A DNA stretch of 64,000 nt. Source: Candidatus Sumerlaeota bacterium (GTDB lineage Bacteria > UBP6 > UBA1177). This document shows, one piece after another, positions 17,705 to 28,753 of this stretch. Every line of letters begins with the position of its first letter. Position 1 is the stretch's first letter. Both the position numbers and the translations under genes were made by a program. The stretch covers positions 117-64,116 of the forward strand of contig SLOD01000011.1 in assembly GCA_007132725.1 (NCBI GenBank), given 5' to 3'. The notes under the pieces are model-generated. The model had not been told where the DNA came from. It ran no database searches and saw only the letters and a program-made list of their open reading frames with translations.

Positions 17705-19232
17705 GAATGTTTAATGAAATTTTCTGGATTTTACCTGTTTCCTGATCGACTGCGCTTACATTCAGCACACCGTTAGTGTCAATCTCAAATTTAACTTCTA
17801 TTTTCAGCTCACCTCTCAGGGCTTTTCTTAAATTGGAAAGAGTCAGCTCCCCCATCAGGTGCGATTCGCTTTTTTTCTTTCCATCCCCCTGATATATCTC
17901 GATTCTAACAGCGTCCTGATTGTCTCTGGCATTTGTAAAAATGTTGGTCCTTTCAATGGGTAGAGGAGAATTTTTATCAACAAGTATTTCAATATAATCT
18001 CCTACTGACCCGACCCCTAAAGAAAGAGGTATGACATCAAGTAAAACAGGCGAAGCTTCACTGTAATCACTGACAAGAGTTTGGCCTAAAATACTGGCAC
18101 CCATTGAAATAACAAGAACAGATTCTATTCCGTAAAAAGGCGACTGTTGAAAAAACCGGGCTACTTTCTGCTGGACATAAGGAATTTTAGTTGATCCGCC
18201 GACAAGTATCACAGCATCAATATCTTCGGGTTTAAGGTGAGCATTTTCCATTGCTTTGTCACAGATATCAAATGTCTGTGATATAATAGGATCTATTATT
18301 TCATGATAAAGCCTTCTGTCAATAACTCTTTCATAGTCTTTTCTTGAACCGTCAGCCATAGGAACGATCCCTTTTATAAGCACTTTTATTTTTTCTTCTG
18401 TACTTAAAGATATTTTGATCCTTTCTGCTTCAGACAGAAGAATAGTTTGCATTTCGTTGTTCACAGGCAGTTCTGTATCAAAAGTTGTCTCTATATCAAC
18501 GACCATGAATTGAACAAGAGCTGCATCTATATCGTCTCCTCCAAGGAAACTGTCTCCTGCGGTTGAAAGCACCTCAAAAAAATTGTCCTTGACTTCAAGT
18601 ATGGTTACATCAAAAGTGCCTCCTCCAAAATCAAAAACAACGATTTTTTCGTTTAGATTGTTCCCGAAACCATACGCCAGTGCTGCTGCTGTGGGTTCGT
18701 TTATTATTCTTAAAACATTAAGTCCTGCAAGTTTTCCGGCATCCTGGGTTGCTCTTCTTTGAGCTTCATTATAATTTGCTGGAACAGTTATAACAGCATC
18801 GGTAACTTCAAAGCCAAGGTAATCCTGAGCCGCTTTTTTAGCTTTTTTTAAAACTAACGATGAAATAACTTGAGGTGTTATCCTTTTACCGAATATTTCT
18901 ATTTCAATTGAATCATTTTTACCGCCAACAACCTTGTAAGGAAACTTACTTGCAAACTTTCTTGTATCGGAGTGAGAATACTTTCTCCCTATTATCCTTT
19001 TTATACTGTAAATAGTGTTTATCGGATTTAAATGTCTTCGTTCTTTAGCTTTTTTCCCTACTATCACATTTTTTCCTTCATTTAAAAACGAAACAACAGA
19101 GGGCATTATTTTGTCGTCTTCCTCTCCTTTTATAGGAATGATCTGAGGCATTCCATCTCTGACGATAGAAACAGTAGTGGTAGAAGTACCGAGGTCTATG
19201 CCAAGTACAAAATTTGCAAATTTGTTAACCAT
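17691..19232 (-). CDS. Hsp70-family ATPase lacking the C-terminal alpha-helical lid (nucleotide-binding domain + beta-sandwich substrate-binding domain only, 513 aa).
   Basis: [12 protein letters not shown] (phosphate 1), [12 protein letters not shown] (phosphate 2), [12 protein letters not shown] (adenosine). Ends at a beta-SBD-like ...[13 protein letters not shown]... with no lid. Confidence 0.75.
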   Translation of the reverse strand: MVNKFANFVLGIDLGTSTTTVSIVRDGMPQIIPIKGEEDDKIMPSVVSFLNEGKNVIVGKKAKERRHLNPINTIYSIKRIIGRKYSHSDTRKFASKFPYKVVGGKNDSIEIEIFGKRITPQVISSLVLKKAKKAAQDYLGFEVTDAVITVPANYNEAQRRATQDAGKLAGLNVLRIINEPTAAALAYGFGNNLNEKIVVFDFGGGTFDVTILEVKDNFFEVLSTAGDSFLGGDDIDAALVQFMVVDIETTFDTELPVNNEMQTILLSEAERIKISLSTEEKIKVLIKGIVPMADGSRKDYERVIDRRLYHEIIDPIISQTFDICDKAMENAHLKPEDIDAVILVGGSTKIPYVQQKVARFFQQSPFYGIESVLVISMGASILGQTLVSDYSEASPVLLDVIPLSLGVGSVGDYIEILVDKNSPLPIERTNIFTNARDNQDAVRIEIYQGDGKKKSESHLMGELTLSNLRKALRGELKIEVKFEIDTNGVLNVSAVDQETGKIQKISLNILGLE

Positions 19233-19244
19233 TCAAGATACCTT

Positions 19245-19808
19245 TTAAATTTCCATAACATCATTTTCTTTAGCTTTTGCACAATCTTCAAGTTTTTTGA
19301 TGAAATCATTAAGCTCTTTCTGCACTTTTTCTGAAAACTTTTTTTCTTCATCTTCTGTTATTTCTTTATTTTTCTGAGCCTGTTTTATTTCTGCCAAAGC
19401 ATCCCTTCTGAAGTTTCTCATGCTTACTCTGTATTTTTCGGTAAGTTGGCTCAACTGTTTTACCAGTTCTTTTCTCCTTTCTTCAGTTAAAGAAGGCACC
19501 GGAACTTTAATGTTCGAACCGTCATTGATAGGATTAAACCCGATATTAGCATTTCTGATAGCACCTTCTATCTCTTTGAGAACATTTCTGTCAAAAGGCT
19601 GTACCAGTAAAAGTCTGGGATCGGGAGAGGAAATGGACGCTAACTGATTAAGAGGAGTTTTAACCCCGTAGTAATCAACAAAAATGTTTTCCAGAAGCTT
19701 TGGCGATGCTTTCCCTGTGCGATATTGAGTCGTTTCAGTTTTGTAAGCATCAAGGGATTTTTCAAATTTTTCTTTCAGTTCAGTAAAAAAAAGTTCCTGC
19801 TCCAACAT
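19245..19808 (-). CDS. frr: Ribosome recycling factor.
   Basis: 187 aa with a typical RRF N-terminus and overall pattern. Confidence 0.85.
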   Translation of the reverse strand: MLEQELFFTELKEKFEKSLDAYKTETTQYRTGKASPKLLENIFVDYYGVKTPLNQLASISSPDPRLLLVQPFDRNVLKEIEGAIRNANIGFNPINDGSNIKVPVPSLTEERRKELVKQLSQLTEKYRVSMRNFRRDALAEIKQAQKNKEITEDEEKKFSEKVQKELNDFIKKLEDCAKAKENDVMEI

Positions 19809-19837
19809 TCTTTCCTCCTAAAATATAAAAATACTTA

Positions 19838-20572
19838 TCAACTGTCAAAATCTTTCAGGTCCCGGTGTGAAACCAGACTCCCTACAGCATCCCCTCTTAT
19901 AGCGGCAAGGATGTTTCCTTTTTTAAAGATATTTACGATTTTTACCGGCAACCTGTTTTCTTCACACAAAGACATTGCCGTCATGTCCATTACTCGGAGC
20001 TTTTTTTCCATGGCTTCATTAAATGTTGTTCTTTTTATAAAAACGGCATCGCTGTGCTCATGGGGATCTTTATCATAAAGTCCATCAACCTTTGTTGCTT
20101 TAACAAGCAGTTCTGCCTTGATCTCTGCCGCTCTTAAAGCTGCGGCAGTATCTGTGGTAAAAAAAGGATTCCCGGTTCCTGCAGCAAAAATTACGACTCT
20201 TTTTTTCTCAAGATGTCTCAAAGCCTTTTCAAGAATAAAAGGTTCAGCTACTTTGTTTATTTCTATTGCTGTCATTGCTCTGGACGGTATACCGTTAGCT
20301 TGAAAAGCAGACTTCAAAGCGAGACTGTTGATGACAGTTGCGAGCATTCCCATGAAGTCACCGGTAACTCTATCCAGACCCGTATCTTTATTAGCCGTCA
20401 GTCCTCTGAATATATTGCCTCCGCCTATAACGATTGCAACCTCAATGCCTTCTTTGTGCAAGGATCTTATTTCTCCTGAAAGGTAGTCAAGGAAATCTTG
20501 ATCTATCGGCTTTCCATTTTCACTTAATAACGCTTCCCCGCTTATTTTTATAAGAACTCTTTTATACATCAC
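19838..20572 (-). CDS. pyrH: UMP kinase.
   Basis: KRVLIKISGEAL amino-acid-kinase fold; 244 aa. Confidence 0.85.
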   Translation of the reverse strand: MMYKRVLIKISGEALLSENGKPIDQDFLDYLSGEIRSLHKEGIEVAIVIGGGNIFRGLTANKDTGLDRVTGDFMGMLATVINSLALKSAFQANGIPSRAMTAIEINKVAEPFILEKALRHLEKKRVVIFAAGTGNPFFTTDTAAALRAAEIKAELLVKATKVDGLYDKDPHEHSDAVFIKRTTFNEAMEKKLRVMDMTAMSLCEENRLPVKIVNIFKKGNILAAIRGDAVGSLVSHRDLKDFDS

Positions 20573-20753
20573 CGATGCCTCTCAAAATTACGCTATCGAA
20601 CATTATAGTATTGGAACAAAGTTTTCAAGTTTATCTCACAAGAAAATGTAAAAAAACAGCGACATCCACTCATTATTTCCATTTCTTTAACTTGAAAGAA
20701 CCTAAAATGTATGGTAATAGGTGGTCAACTGTTATTTAAGTTAACGGAGTGTT

Positions 20754-21818
20754 TTGATGAAAACAGATACTCATTTTTGTTTTACAGTCATTTTTTTACT
20801 TCTTCTGGGATTCCCTTACTTTATTACAGGGATCTCTGCAAAAGAAATTCTTTTCAAAGATGTAAACTTTGAATTATGTGTCAAAGAACATATTGATGAT
20901 AACTCCAACACAATCACAACCGGGCATCTTGAAAACATTGAAAAGCTTGAGTGCAACAACAGAGAGATATTTGTTATTGAGGGGATAGAATACATGTCCG
21001 GACTTAAGAAAGTCTCTTTCAGAAACAACTCCATAAGTGACATATCTCCCCTTAGAGTACTTACAAAACTTAATGAGCTTTGGCTTACCGGTAATTTTAT
21101 TGAAAATACCGACCCTCTTGCAGAGCTAACCGCTCTTTTGGTACTTGGGCTGGGGAACAATAAAATAAAAGAAGTAAAATCTATTTCACAACTTAAAAAT
21201 TTAACCCGGCTTGGAATAGAAAACAATATGGTTACCGACATATCTCCACTTTCGAACCTGCAAAACCTTCAGGCACTTGCAATGAGCGGAAATAAGGTCA
21301 AAGACATAAAGCCATTAAGCAAGATGAAAAAACTTTCCTGGATATGGGCTGATTCAAATAATATATCAGATATTTCTCCATTATCGTCAATGCACTGGAT
21401 AACACATGTAGAGCTTGGAAACAACAACATATCCTCTGTTTTACCAATTAAAAACCTTAAGAACATTGTAAGGCTCGGACTTGACTCAAACAGTATAAAA
21501 GATGCTACTCCACTGAAAAATATGTCTGCACTTAAAAGTCTCGCTATTTCTAAAAACAGGCTTTCTGAAATAAGTTTTATAAAGCAACTTCACAACCTTA
21601 CCTGGCTTGGGGCTTCACATAATAATATTTCTAACATAGAACCGTTAACATCTCTAACAAAGTTAAAACATCTTCTTTTAAGCAACAACGCTATAAAAGA
21701 TGTCAACCCCCTTTTAAACTTAAAAAATCTCAAACATGTTGACTTGTCTAATAATCCTGTTTCCGATTTTTCTGTGCTTGATCCTTTAACTGACTCCGGA
21801 GCTGTCGTCATAAAATAA
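20754..21818 (+). CDS. Secreted leucine-rich-repeat protein (internalin-like 22-residue LRRs, ~13 repeats) with an N-terminal signal peptide.
   Basis: Repeats of LxxLxxLxxLxLxxNxIxDIxPL, e.g. NISDISPLSS..., MVTDISPLSNLQNLQAL. Confidence 0.75.
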   Translation: MMKTDTHFCFTVIFLLLLGFPYFITGISAKEILFKDVNFELCVKEHIDDNSNTITTGHLENIEKLECNNREIFVIEGIEYMSGLKKVSFRNNSISDISPLRVLTKLNELWLTGNFIENTDPLAELTALLVLGLGNNKIKEVKSISQLKNLTRLGIENNMVTDISPLSNLQNLQALAMSGNKVKDIKPLSKMKKLSWIWADSNNISDISPLSSMHWITHVELGNNNISSVLPIKNLKNIVRLGLDSNSIKDATPLKNMSALKSLAISKNRLSEISFIKQLHNLTWLGASHNNISNIEPLTSLTKLKHLLLSNNAIKDVNPLLNLKNLKHVDLSNNPVSDFSVLDPLTDSGAVVIK

Positions 21819-21946
21819 GTTTGTAAATAAATTTTACATCTATTTGTTAAATTTTTAACAATGTAAATACTGTTAAAGCAACAGGGCGGGAAAAAGCATG
21901 TTTTTTCAGCCTATTACCAGGGCACACTTTTTGCTACATCATCCTG

Positions 21947-23113
21947 TTGTTGTTTGAACTAGCGAGTGAGTGTATTGAAATGTCTTTAAAAGAAAATGCT
22001 ACCTGCTTTAACTCTCAAACTTTGGTAAGTAATTTTGCACAAGATGTCCAGACTTATTCTCCGGCAAGCTCCAGAGATAAAGTTACATCAAAGCCTAAAA
22101 ACGAAAACCTTTACCCTTTAAAACTGGATTGGAATGAATCCACTGTCCCCCCCTCTCCTCTCGTTAAAGAAGCTTTGAAAAATGCTCTTGAAAAAGAGAT
22201 AAATCTTCTCAACTGGTACCCTGAACTTTACAGCAAAAAGTTGGTATCAAAACTTACTGAATATACTAACAGATCTGCAGATGAAATTCTTGTTACAAAC
22301 GGCAGTGATGACGCATTGGAGCTTATATGTAAAATTTTCCTTGATCCAGGAGACCATGTTCTTGTACCTTTCCCTACATACACTCACTTTATAACATATG
22401 TTCAATCAAGAGGGGCAGTATTGAAAAAAGTGGAAACCCCGGACCCGTTTTCCCCGGATATAACTTCAATAATCAATAACGTTACCAAGGATACGAAGTT
22501 GATATATATTGTTAATCCCAATAATCCAACAGGAGTTCTTCTTTCAAAAAAACAGATTTCAACAGTCTGTTCCGTCGCAAAAAACAGTGTGATACTTGTT
22601 GATGAAGCTTATTTTGAGTTTTCCGGAGAAAGTGTGAGCGATCTTGTTGAAACATATCCTAATTTGATAGTGACACGAACTCTCTCTAAGGCATGGGCTC
22701 TTGCAGGTTTAAGAGTTGGATATATCCTCACAAATCCACTTACCATCAAGGACCTTGCCCGAGTTTTGAATCCAAAGAGCGTAAGTGCTCTTGCTCAGGT
22801 TGCAGCCTATGCAGCATTATCTGATCCACAATATATGAACCGTTTTGTAAGAGAAGTTGAAGCAAGCAAAATGCTTCTATTGGATTTTTTCAAAAAAAAC
22901 AACATCAACGCTTATGACAGTGCTGCAAACTATATAATGGTGCAACACCCTAAGCTGGAGCGATTACTCTACGAAATGGAGAATGAAAATATTTTTGTGA
23001 GAGACAGGAGCTTTTTTAAAAATCTGCCAGGTTTTTTTAGAATAACACTCGGTAATCATTTGCAAACTGATGAACTCTTAACAAGACTCGAAAGGGTTCT
23101 TTCAAGAATTTAA
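21947..23113 (+). CDS. Class I/II PLP-dependent aminotransferase, histidinol-phosphate aminotransferase (HisC/CobD) family.
   Basis: ...NPNNPTG...VDEAY.EF... and SKAWALAGLRVGY (PLP-lysine SKxxxxxGxRxGY). Confidence 0.65.
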   Translation: MLFELASECIEMSLKENATCFNSQTLVSNFAQDVQTYSPASSRDKVTSKPKNENLYPLKLDWNESTVPPSPLVKEALKNALEKEINLLNWYPELYSKKLVSKLTEYTNRSADEILVTNGSDDALELICKIFLDPGDHVLVPFPTYTHFITYVQSRGAVLKKVETPDPFSPDITSIINNVTKDTKLIYIVNPNNPTGVLLSKKQISTVCSVAKNSVILVDEAYFEFSGESVSDLVETYPNLIVTRTLSKAWALAGLRVGYILTNPLTIKDLARVLNPKSVSALAQVAAYAALSDPQYMNRFVREVEASKMLLLDFFKKNNINAYDSAANYIMVQHPKLERLLYEMENENIFVRDRSFFKNLPGFFRITLGNHLQTDELLTRLERVLSRI

Positions 23114-23151
23114 AACTTTTCTTCATTTTTTCAGGAATATAGAGCATAATT

Positions 23152-23778
23152 TTGTTGTTTGTCTTTTGTCAGAGCTTGGGCTTTGCGTTTTGTTTAGGAG
23201 AGGAAGCAAAGTTGGAAGAACTTATCAAAGAAAACCTTGATGTTATCTTCAGTTACTCATTATTTATCACGGGTAACAGGGAAAAAGCTCTTGACCTTAT
23301 GCAGGATACAATAATTACCGTCTTACGAAAAAAACACCTCTATAAAGAACAGACCTATTTCAAGTCATGGATATTTAAGGTTCTAAAAAACAACTTTATC
23401 AACACTTTAAAAAAAGAAAGTATCCGTAATGAAATAAATTTAACTGACATTTCCAATGAAGGAGAGGAAACACCTGTTTTTTTAAATCGGGACAATGCGG
23501 GAATTGAATATCTAAACGACCCGATCCTTAGAAGTAAAATATATGAGGTGTTCTCTGATATGCCACAGGAATATAAAGATGTCGTTACATTAGTTGAAAT
23601 AAGTGAAATGTCGTATGAAGAAGTTTCTCAGGCACTTGATATTCCATTGGGAACAGTAATGAGCAGACTTCACAGAGGACGGATGTATCTTAGAAAAATG
23701 CTTCGTAAAGAAGCTGGTGAGTTAAAAATAATTTCAAAAAAAGGACAGGAAAAATGCACGACAAAAAATGCGATTTAA
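23152..23778 (+). CDS. ECF-type RNA polymerase sigma factor. A plausible alternative start is TTG 23212 with RBS AGGAGAGG.
   Basis: Region 2 (...DLMQDTIITV...) and region 4 HTH (DIPLGTVMSRLHRGR). Confidence 0.75.
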   Translation: MLFVFCQSLGFAFCLGEEAKLEELIKENLDVIFSYSLFITGNREKALDLMQDTIITVLRKKHLYKEQTYFKSWIFKVLKNNFINTLKKESIRNEINLTDISNEGEETPVFLNRDNAGIEYLNDPILRSKIYEVFSDMPQEYKDVVTLVEISEMSYEEVSQALDIPLGTVMSRLHRGRMYLRKMLRKEAGELKIISKKGQEKCTTKNAI

Positions 23779-24575
23779 ACGAACTTTTTATTGAACAACT
23801 CATTGACAGTGAGTTGGATTTTAGTGAAAGTTCTGAAGTTTCACTTCACATTGAAAGCTGTGCCAACTGTAAAAAAATATATGATGAACTGAAATTTGTC
23901 CGCGTCATCATGAAAGATGTTGAAAAAAGAGAAACGCTCTCCCCAATTGAAAAAGAAGGTTTCTATAATATGATCGAAAAACATGCTGCCAAACTCTCAG
24001 TATGGGGGAAAATAAAAACTTTTCTAAATACAAAAAGCCATTTTATATTTGCTTTCACCTCTATGTCTTTTATTTTACTGACAGCTTTTTTTATTTTTTC
24101 AATTTTAAACATTGACAGCAGCAGGGACCTTATAATACAGGAAATAATTTCTGCCCATGACAACAATTTTCCGGAAGAATTCAGTATGACTGCCAGCGAA
24201 GAATCTCTCAAGAATGTTAACCTGAAACAGCTGAAAGTCGATCCTGTAGTAATAAGAGAACTGGCTAAGATATCCCCTGTATTAAAAGGGCGTCATACAT
24301 CTATTGCCGCTCAACCCATGGCTAAAATAAAACTGAAAGATAAAAATTCTACCGGAACTCTTTTAATGAGCAGAAAAAACGACACTATAAAAAATGTATT
24401 TCAAAATGCAAACTGTGTAGTGAGATATCCTGATGGAAAAACTTGCAAAGCTACATCATACGAACAGGACGGCAAAGAAATAGTTTACTGGGCATCAAAA
24501 GAGAATGAATATGTTTTTGTGTCGGACAACAGAGATTTGAGTTCAAGAATGATACGCCTTATTGGTTCCCATTAA
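23754..24575 (+). CDS. Anti-sigma factor (zinc-finger type, single TM) cognate to the upstream ECF sigma.
   Basis: N-terminal HxxxCxxC (HIESCANCKK) zinc-finger anti-sigma motif; one TM (FIFAFTSMSFILLTAFFIF). Overlaps the sigma gene 3' end. Confidence 0.65.
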   Translation: MHDKKCDLNELFIEQLIDSELDFSESSEVSLHIESCANCKKIYDELKFVRVIMKDVEKRETLSPIEKEGFYNMIEKHAAKLSVWGKIKTFLNTKSHFIFAFTSMSFILLTAFFIFSILNIDSSRDLIIQEIISAHDNNFPEEFSMTASEESLKNVNLKQLKVDPVVIRELAKISPVLKGRHTSIAAQPMAKIKLKDKNSTGTLLMSRKNDTIKNVFQNANCVVRYPDGKTCKATSYEQDGKEIVYWASKENEYVFVSDNRDLSSRMIRLIGSH

Positions 24576-24586
24576 AGTTTAACCGT

Positions 24587-27500
24587 TCAACTATTATCAA
24601 CATCTTTTATTTTTGAAACCTCTTTTTTTAATTTAGAAGTTTCGGTATTAAGTTTTTTGGAAACCTGATAAATGCTGTCAACCATCCCGGTATTTTCCTG
24701 AGTTATCTTTCTGATATCACTTAAAGAAATATCAACCGAGCGCACCTCGTCAGTATGGTCTTCGATTATTTTTCTTACATCGTTCATTTGTCTTGAAATG
24801 GTCTTGAACTGACCTATTATTTCACTGATAAATTTTACCGTATTGTTAACGGATGACCTTCCTGAAACAACTTTTTCAGAAGTATCATCTATCAGTTTTT
24901 TTATTGTCACGACAGCATTGGAAGTTTGTAAAGAAAGTTCTCTGACAGAATCTGCCACAACAGCAAAGCCTTTTCCGGCATCACCTGCTCTGGCTGCTTC
25001 AATAGCGGCATTAAGAGAAAGGAGGTTTGTCTGGAAAGCAATATCATCTACAACTTCAACTATGTTTGAAACCTCTAAAGCACTGTATTCTATCCTTTCT
25101 ATTGATTCCACAGCTTCGCTGAGGACGGAAGTGGAGAGATCGGCTTTTTTTGAAATATCAGAAACCGTTTCATGCATGACCTGTACTTCATCTTTTGTTT
25201 CCTCAAGCTTGCCTGTTATATCAGACAATGTAGAAGATGCTGTATCTATCATTGCATAAGTTGCATTAAATTTTTCAGCGGTCATACCCGTATTCGATGA
25301 TATTACTTTAGATATATCTCCGAGAGTATCAGAAAGTTTTTGAACATGCAGTATTATGTCTTTAAGATTTTTCGTTCTGGTCGCAATTGTGCTGCTCATA
25401 GTAGTTTCTCTATCCTTTATCTCAGCACTTTTCTTTCTGATATAGGACACTGCCATGTATCCGGCAGCAAGAAGAATAATAAGCCTAAACCACCATGTCT
25501 GCCAGAAAAAAGGTTTAATGACGATAATGAGAGATACCCCCTCATTATTCCACACATTATCATTGTTGGCTGCAAGCACCTTGAATTCATACTCTCCGGG
25601 ACCTAAATTAGTATAGAAAGCATTTCTCTGTGTGCCGACATTTCTCCATCTGTCATCAAAACCCTTCAATTTATATTTAAATGTCACCTGATCAGGAAAA
25701 AGTAAGCTCAGCCCGGTATATTCAAAAGAAACCATCGTTGTACCCGGTTCGAAAGAAAACCTCTTTCTGCCATGGACAGGATAAGTGACATCATCTATAG
25801 TTACAGATGTAATATGAACAGGAGGCACCACAGAGTTGTGTCTCATATCTCCCGGATCAGCAACAACCAAGCCTTCTGCAGTAGGCACCCATATTCTGCC
25901 ATCTCTGCTCCTCCAGATGTTAGGCTGTGTTCCTCCGTTACACTCAGGAGTTAAAAGACCATCTTTAAACCCGAAAGTTCTGGGTTCGACAGTAGAAGTC
26001 CTTCCACTAAGAAAAGAGTCAAGGTCACTTTTCTCTATAAATTTTATCCCCTTGTTGGATGTCAACCATAAGTTACCGTTGAAATCCTCAGTAACATCGA
26101 AAATAGTTCTTGTATCCAATCCCCTGCTTCTGTCAATTGTTACTGCCCCCAGCTCTTTGTCATAAATAGTGAGTCCATTTTCCGAGGCAAAAAACAGTCT
26201 TCCGTCAAAAGCGGAGTAAATAGACAAGGTCCCAATATTCTCAAGATTTGTAAATTCAGTGATCAGTTTTTCACCTTGAACTCTAAACGGTCCTAACTTC
26301 GTTGCAATCCATATTGAACCCGATCTGTCTTCTGTAATACCCGACAGACCTATATTATCAGTCCCGGGCAAGGTAATAATTTTGTCTCCTTTCATATAAG
26401 CAAGGCCACCTGTAAGCATCCCTATCCAAAGAGTACCTCTTGAATCTTTGAACAGGGCAGAAATGTCTTTGCCCGGCAAACCATCAAACTCATCATATAA
26501 TCTGGCTACTCCGTCTTTCAGCCTTAGGAGTCCTTTTCCATAGACTCCGGCCCACAAAACTCTGTCATTATCTTCAAACAAAGAGAGCACAGTATCATAA
26601 GATTCCAACTTTCCCCTGAAAGTGTATCTTGTCAACTTGTTATCCCTCAACCGGTACAATGCACCCGCCCAGGTTCCAAGCCACATTGAACCATCATGAC
26701 TCTCAAAAACAGGAAAAACTACAGGCTGATCTAAGCCGCTATGTCTTCCATAAGTTATAAACTTCCCCTCCTTGAACCGGTAAAGACCGTAACCGCTGGT
26801 ACCGACCCAGACACTCCCTTCTCTATCCTCAAGGATACTGAAAACATAATTTTTACCTATAGAGCTGACATAGTTATCATCATCGGAACATATTCTGAAG
26901 AGTCCATCGTTGTATGTCCCCACAAAAACACATTCATGGTTATCAACATACAGCCCGCTTATCATTCTGTTAGCAAAAAACTCAGGTCTATATGAGCGGG
27001 ATCTACCAGAGACAGTATCAAACAAATATACTCCGGCACCTCTTGTTCCAAGCAGAAAACTTCTCTCGTCTATAGCCACAGCTTTGGTTATTTCGCGTGG
27101 AAATTTAAGTTCTTTTGTGGCTCTTGTTCCCTGGAGCCTTGAAAAGTAACTTTCTGTTCCAACCCATATTGTCCCGTCACCGCCTTTAATAACTTCTCCT
27201 ACGTTATCTGATGGAAGCCCGGACGATTTATTGATTACTGCTTCAACGCCGTTTTCTCCTAACACAACAAGACCATTTCTCCTTGTTCCAAAATAAAAAG
27301 TTCCATTGTTATCTTCAGCACCGGAAGTGATATTGTTGCTTGGAAGACCTTTTTGAGTATCAAAAATTTCATAGGTTTCATCTATATAGTTAAATTTTAT
27401 AATTCCTCCGCCATCTGTCCCTATCCACAGATAAGGTTTGGTCGAATCTTCCAGAATAAGTTCTGTTTTGTGGTTATCAACAGGAAAAAAGGAGTCGTCG

Positions 27501-27724
27501 TAAACATCCATTTTTATTCCGTCAAATTTAACAAAACCCTCTTCCGTTCCAAGCCACATAAAACCATCTCTTGCCTGAACCATTGTTCTCACAGAGTTTT
27601 GGGGAAGTCCGGACAAAATATCGTAGCTGTCGATCATAAATTGATCAAGGGAAATATCTCTGGATAAACCATCAAGCACCATCATAGAAATAAAAACCAA
27701 AAAATAAACAACTGTTTTTTTCAT
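24587..27724 (-). CDS. Methyl-accepting chemotaxis protein with a large periplasmic two-component-regulator-propeller + Y_Y_Y sensor module, one TM, and a cytoplasmic MCP signalling domain.
   Basis: Signal peptide and repeated Reg_prop-like blades (GLPxNxVxxxxxDxxGxxWxGT). Y_Y_Y-like [18 protein letters not shown], then [20 protein letters not shown]-terminal highly conserved MCP core [31 protein letters not shown]. Confidence 0.7.
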   Translation of the reverse strand: MKKTVVYFLVFISMMVLDGLSRDISLDQFMIDSYDILSGLPQNSVRTMVQARDGFMWLGTEEGFVKFDGIKMDVYDDSFFPVDNHKTELILEDSTKPYLWIGTDGGGIIKFNYIDETYEIFDTQKGLPSNNITSGAEDNNGTFYFGTRRNGLVVLGENGVEAVINKSSGLPSDNVGEVIKGGDGTIWVGTESYFSRLQGTRATKELKFPREITKAVAIDERSFLLGTRGAGVYLFDTVSGRSRSYRPEFFANRMISGLYVDNHECVFVGTYNDGLFRICSDDDNYVSSIGKNYVFSILEDREGSVWVGTSGYGLYRFKEGKFITYGRHSGLDQPVVFPVFESHDGSMWLGTWAGALYRLRDNKLTRYTFRGKLESYDTVLSLFEDNDRVLWAGVYGKGLLRLKDGVARLYDEFDGLPGKDISALFKDSRGTLWIGMLTGGLAYMKGDKIITLPGTDNIGLSGITEDRSGSIWIATKLGPFRVQGEKLITEFTNLENIGTLSIYSAFDGRLFFASENGLTIYDKELGAVTIDRSRGLDTRTIFDVTEDFNGNLWLTSNKGIKFIEKSDLDSFLSGRTSTVEPRTFGFKDGLLTPECNGGTQPNIWRSRDGRIWVPTAEGLVVADPGDMRHNSVVPPVHITSVTIDDVTYPVHGRKRFSFEPGTTMVSFEYTGLSLLFPDQVTFKYKLKGFDDRWRNVGTQRNAFYTNLGPGEYEFKVLAANNDNVWNNEGVSLIIVIKPFFWQTWWFRLIILLAAGYMAVSYIRKKSAEIKDRETTMSSTIATRTKNLKDIILHVQKLSDTLGDISKVISSNTGMTAEKFNATYAMIDTASSTLSDITGKLEETKDEVQVMHETVSDISKKADLSTSVLSEAVESIERIEYSALEVSNIVEVVDDIAFQTNLLSLNAAIEAARAGDAGKGFAVVADSVRELSLQTSNAVVTIKKLIDDTSEKVVSGRSSVNNTVKFISEIIGQFKTISRQMNDVRKIIEDHTDEVRSVDISLSDIRKITQENTGMVDSIYQVSKKLNTETSKLKKEVSKIKDVDNS

Positions 27725-27791
27725 GTTTGTTTTCCCGTTCAGTCAATCTCCTGCTACAGTAAGGATATTTAATTAAGACAAAAATCTCAAG

Positions 27792-28706
27792 TTATTTGTT
27801 ATTAAGTAATAAAAAGAAAGGGAGCTTTATTAACTTTTCCCATACTATCAGCAAGGTGCCCAAACTGATAGATAAAAGACCGATATAAAAACCATGTTCC
27901 GGCTTTTCATATAGGAGCACAAAAGCCATTAAAGTTGTAACGGCAGGCTTTAACATAAATATCAAGGAAGCACTGACAGCGGAAAAGCGTTTTATCGTTT
28001 CGAAAAATGTAACATACCCTATTCCGGTAACAACAAAACCAAGGTAAAAAAAGGCAATGATATTTTCAGGAACTCCAAAAAACTCCAAGGGAAGCGAAAG
28101 TTTTTTACCGGACAGTGCTATAAAAATTCCACTTGCTGCCAATCCTAAAGGAAACGCAACCATATTCAATGTTAATGGCTGTATCTTTGAAACCATTTTT
28201 TTGCTCAACAAAGTATATGAAGCAAAAGCAATCGCAGAGAAAACCGCAAAAACAACACCAGTGCCCGCAACAAAATTTTCTCCCTGCATTATAATGAAAA
28301 TGCCCGTTATCCCGATAAAAAAACCCACCACCTTTTTTAAAGAGAACTTTTCATAACCAAGAATAACTGCAAAAATAAAAACAAAGCCGGGATTTGAACA
28401 GAATATTGTTGCCGCAGTTGATGCAGAGCTGTATTTTACTGCAACTTGAAGAAAACTCATTGCAAGGAATGTATTCAAAAAGCCAAGCATAGATACAGCT
28501 AACCAGTCTTTTTTACTAAGTGATCTTATTTCCAAAAATCTTTTCTTCGTCCCGGGATAAAAAAAGAAAAACAATGCTCCTGCGGTAAATCTCCAGAAAG
28601 TAAGGGCGTATGGGTCTATCGTATCCATAAGCGGTTTTGAAACAACTTCCATAGATGAAAAAATAAACAGTGTGAGAAGAAAGTAAACCACATCGCCTCC
28701 TGCCAA
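27792..28706 (-). CDS. EamA/DMT-superfamily transporter (10 TM).
   Basis: Two EamA-like halves and overall hydropathy. Confidence 0.6.
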   Translation of the reverse strand: MAGGDVVYFLLTLFIFSSMEVVSKPLMDTIDPYALTFWRFTAGALFFFFYPGTKKRFLEIRSLSKKDWLAVSMLGFLNTFLAMSFLQVAVKYSSASTAATIFCSNPGFVFIFAVILGYEKFSLKKVVGFFIGITGIFIIMQGENFVAGTGVVFAVFSAIAFASYTLLSKKMVSKIQPLTLNMVAFPLGLAASGIFIALSGKKLSLPLEFFGVPENIIAFFYLGFVVTGIGYVTFFETIKRFSAVSASLIFMLKPAVTTLMAFVLLYEKPEHGFYIGLLSISLGTLLIVWEKLIKLPFFLLLNNK

Positions 28707-28753
28707 CGATCAGACCGATGTAATCTCAATTGTTTTAAAAAGTCAATTTTAGC

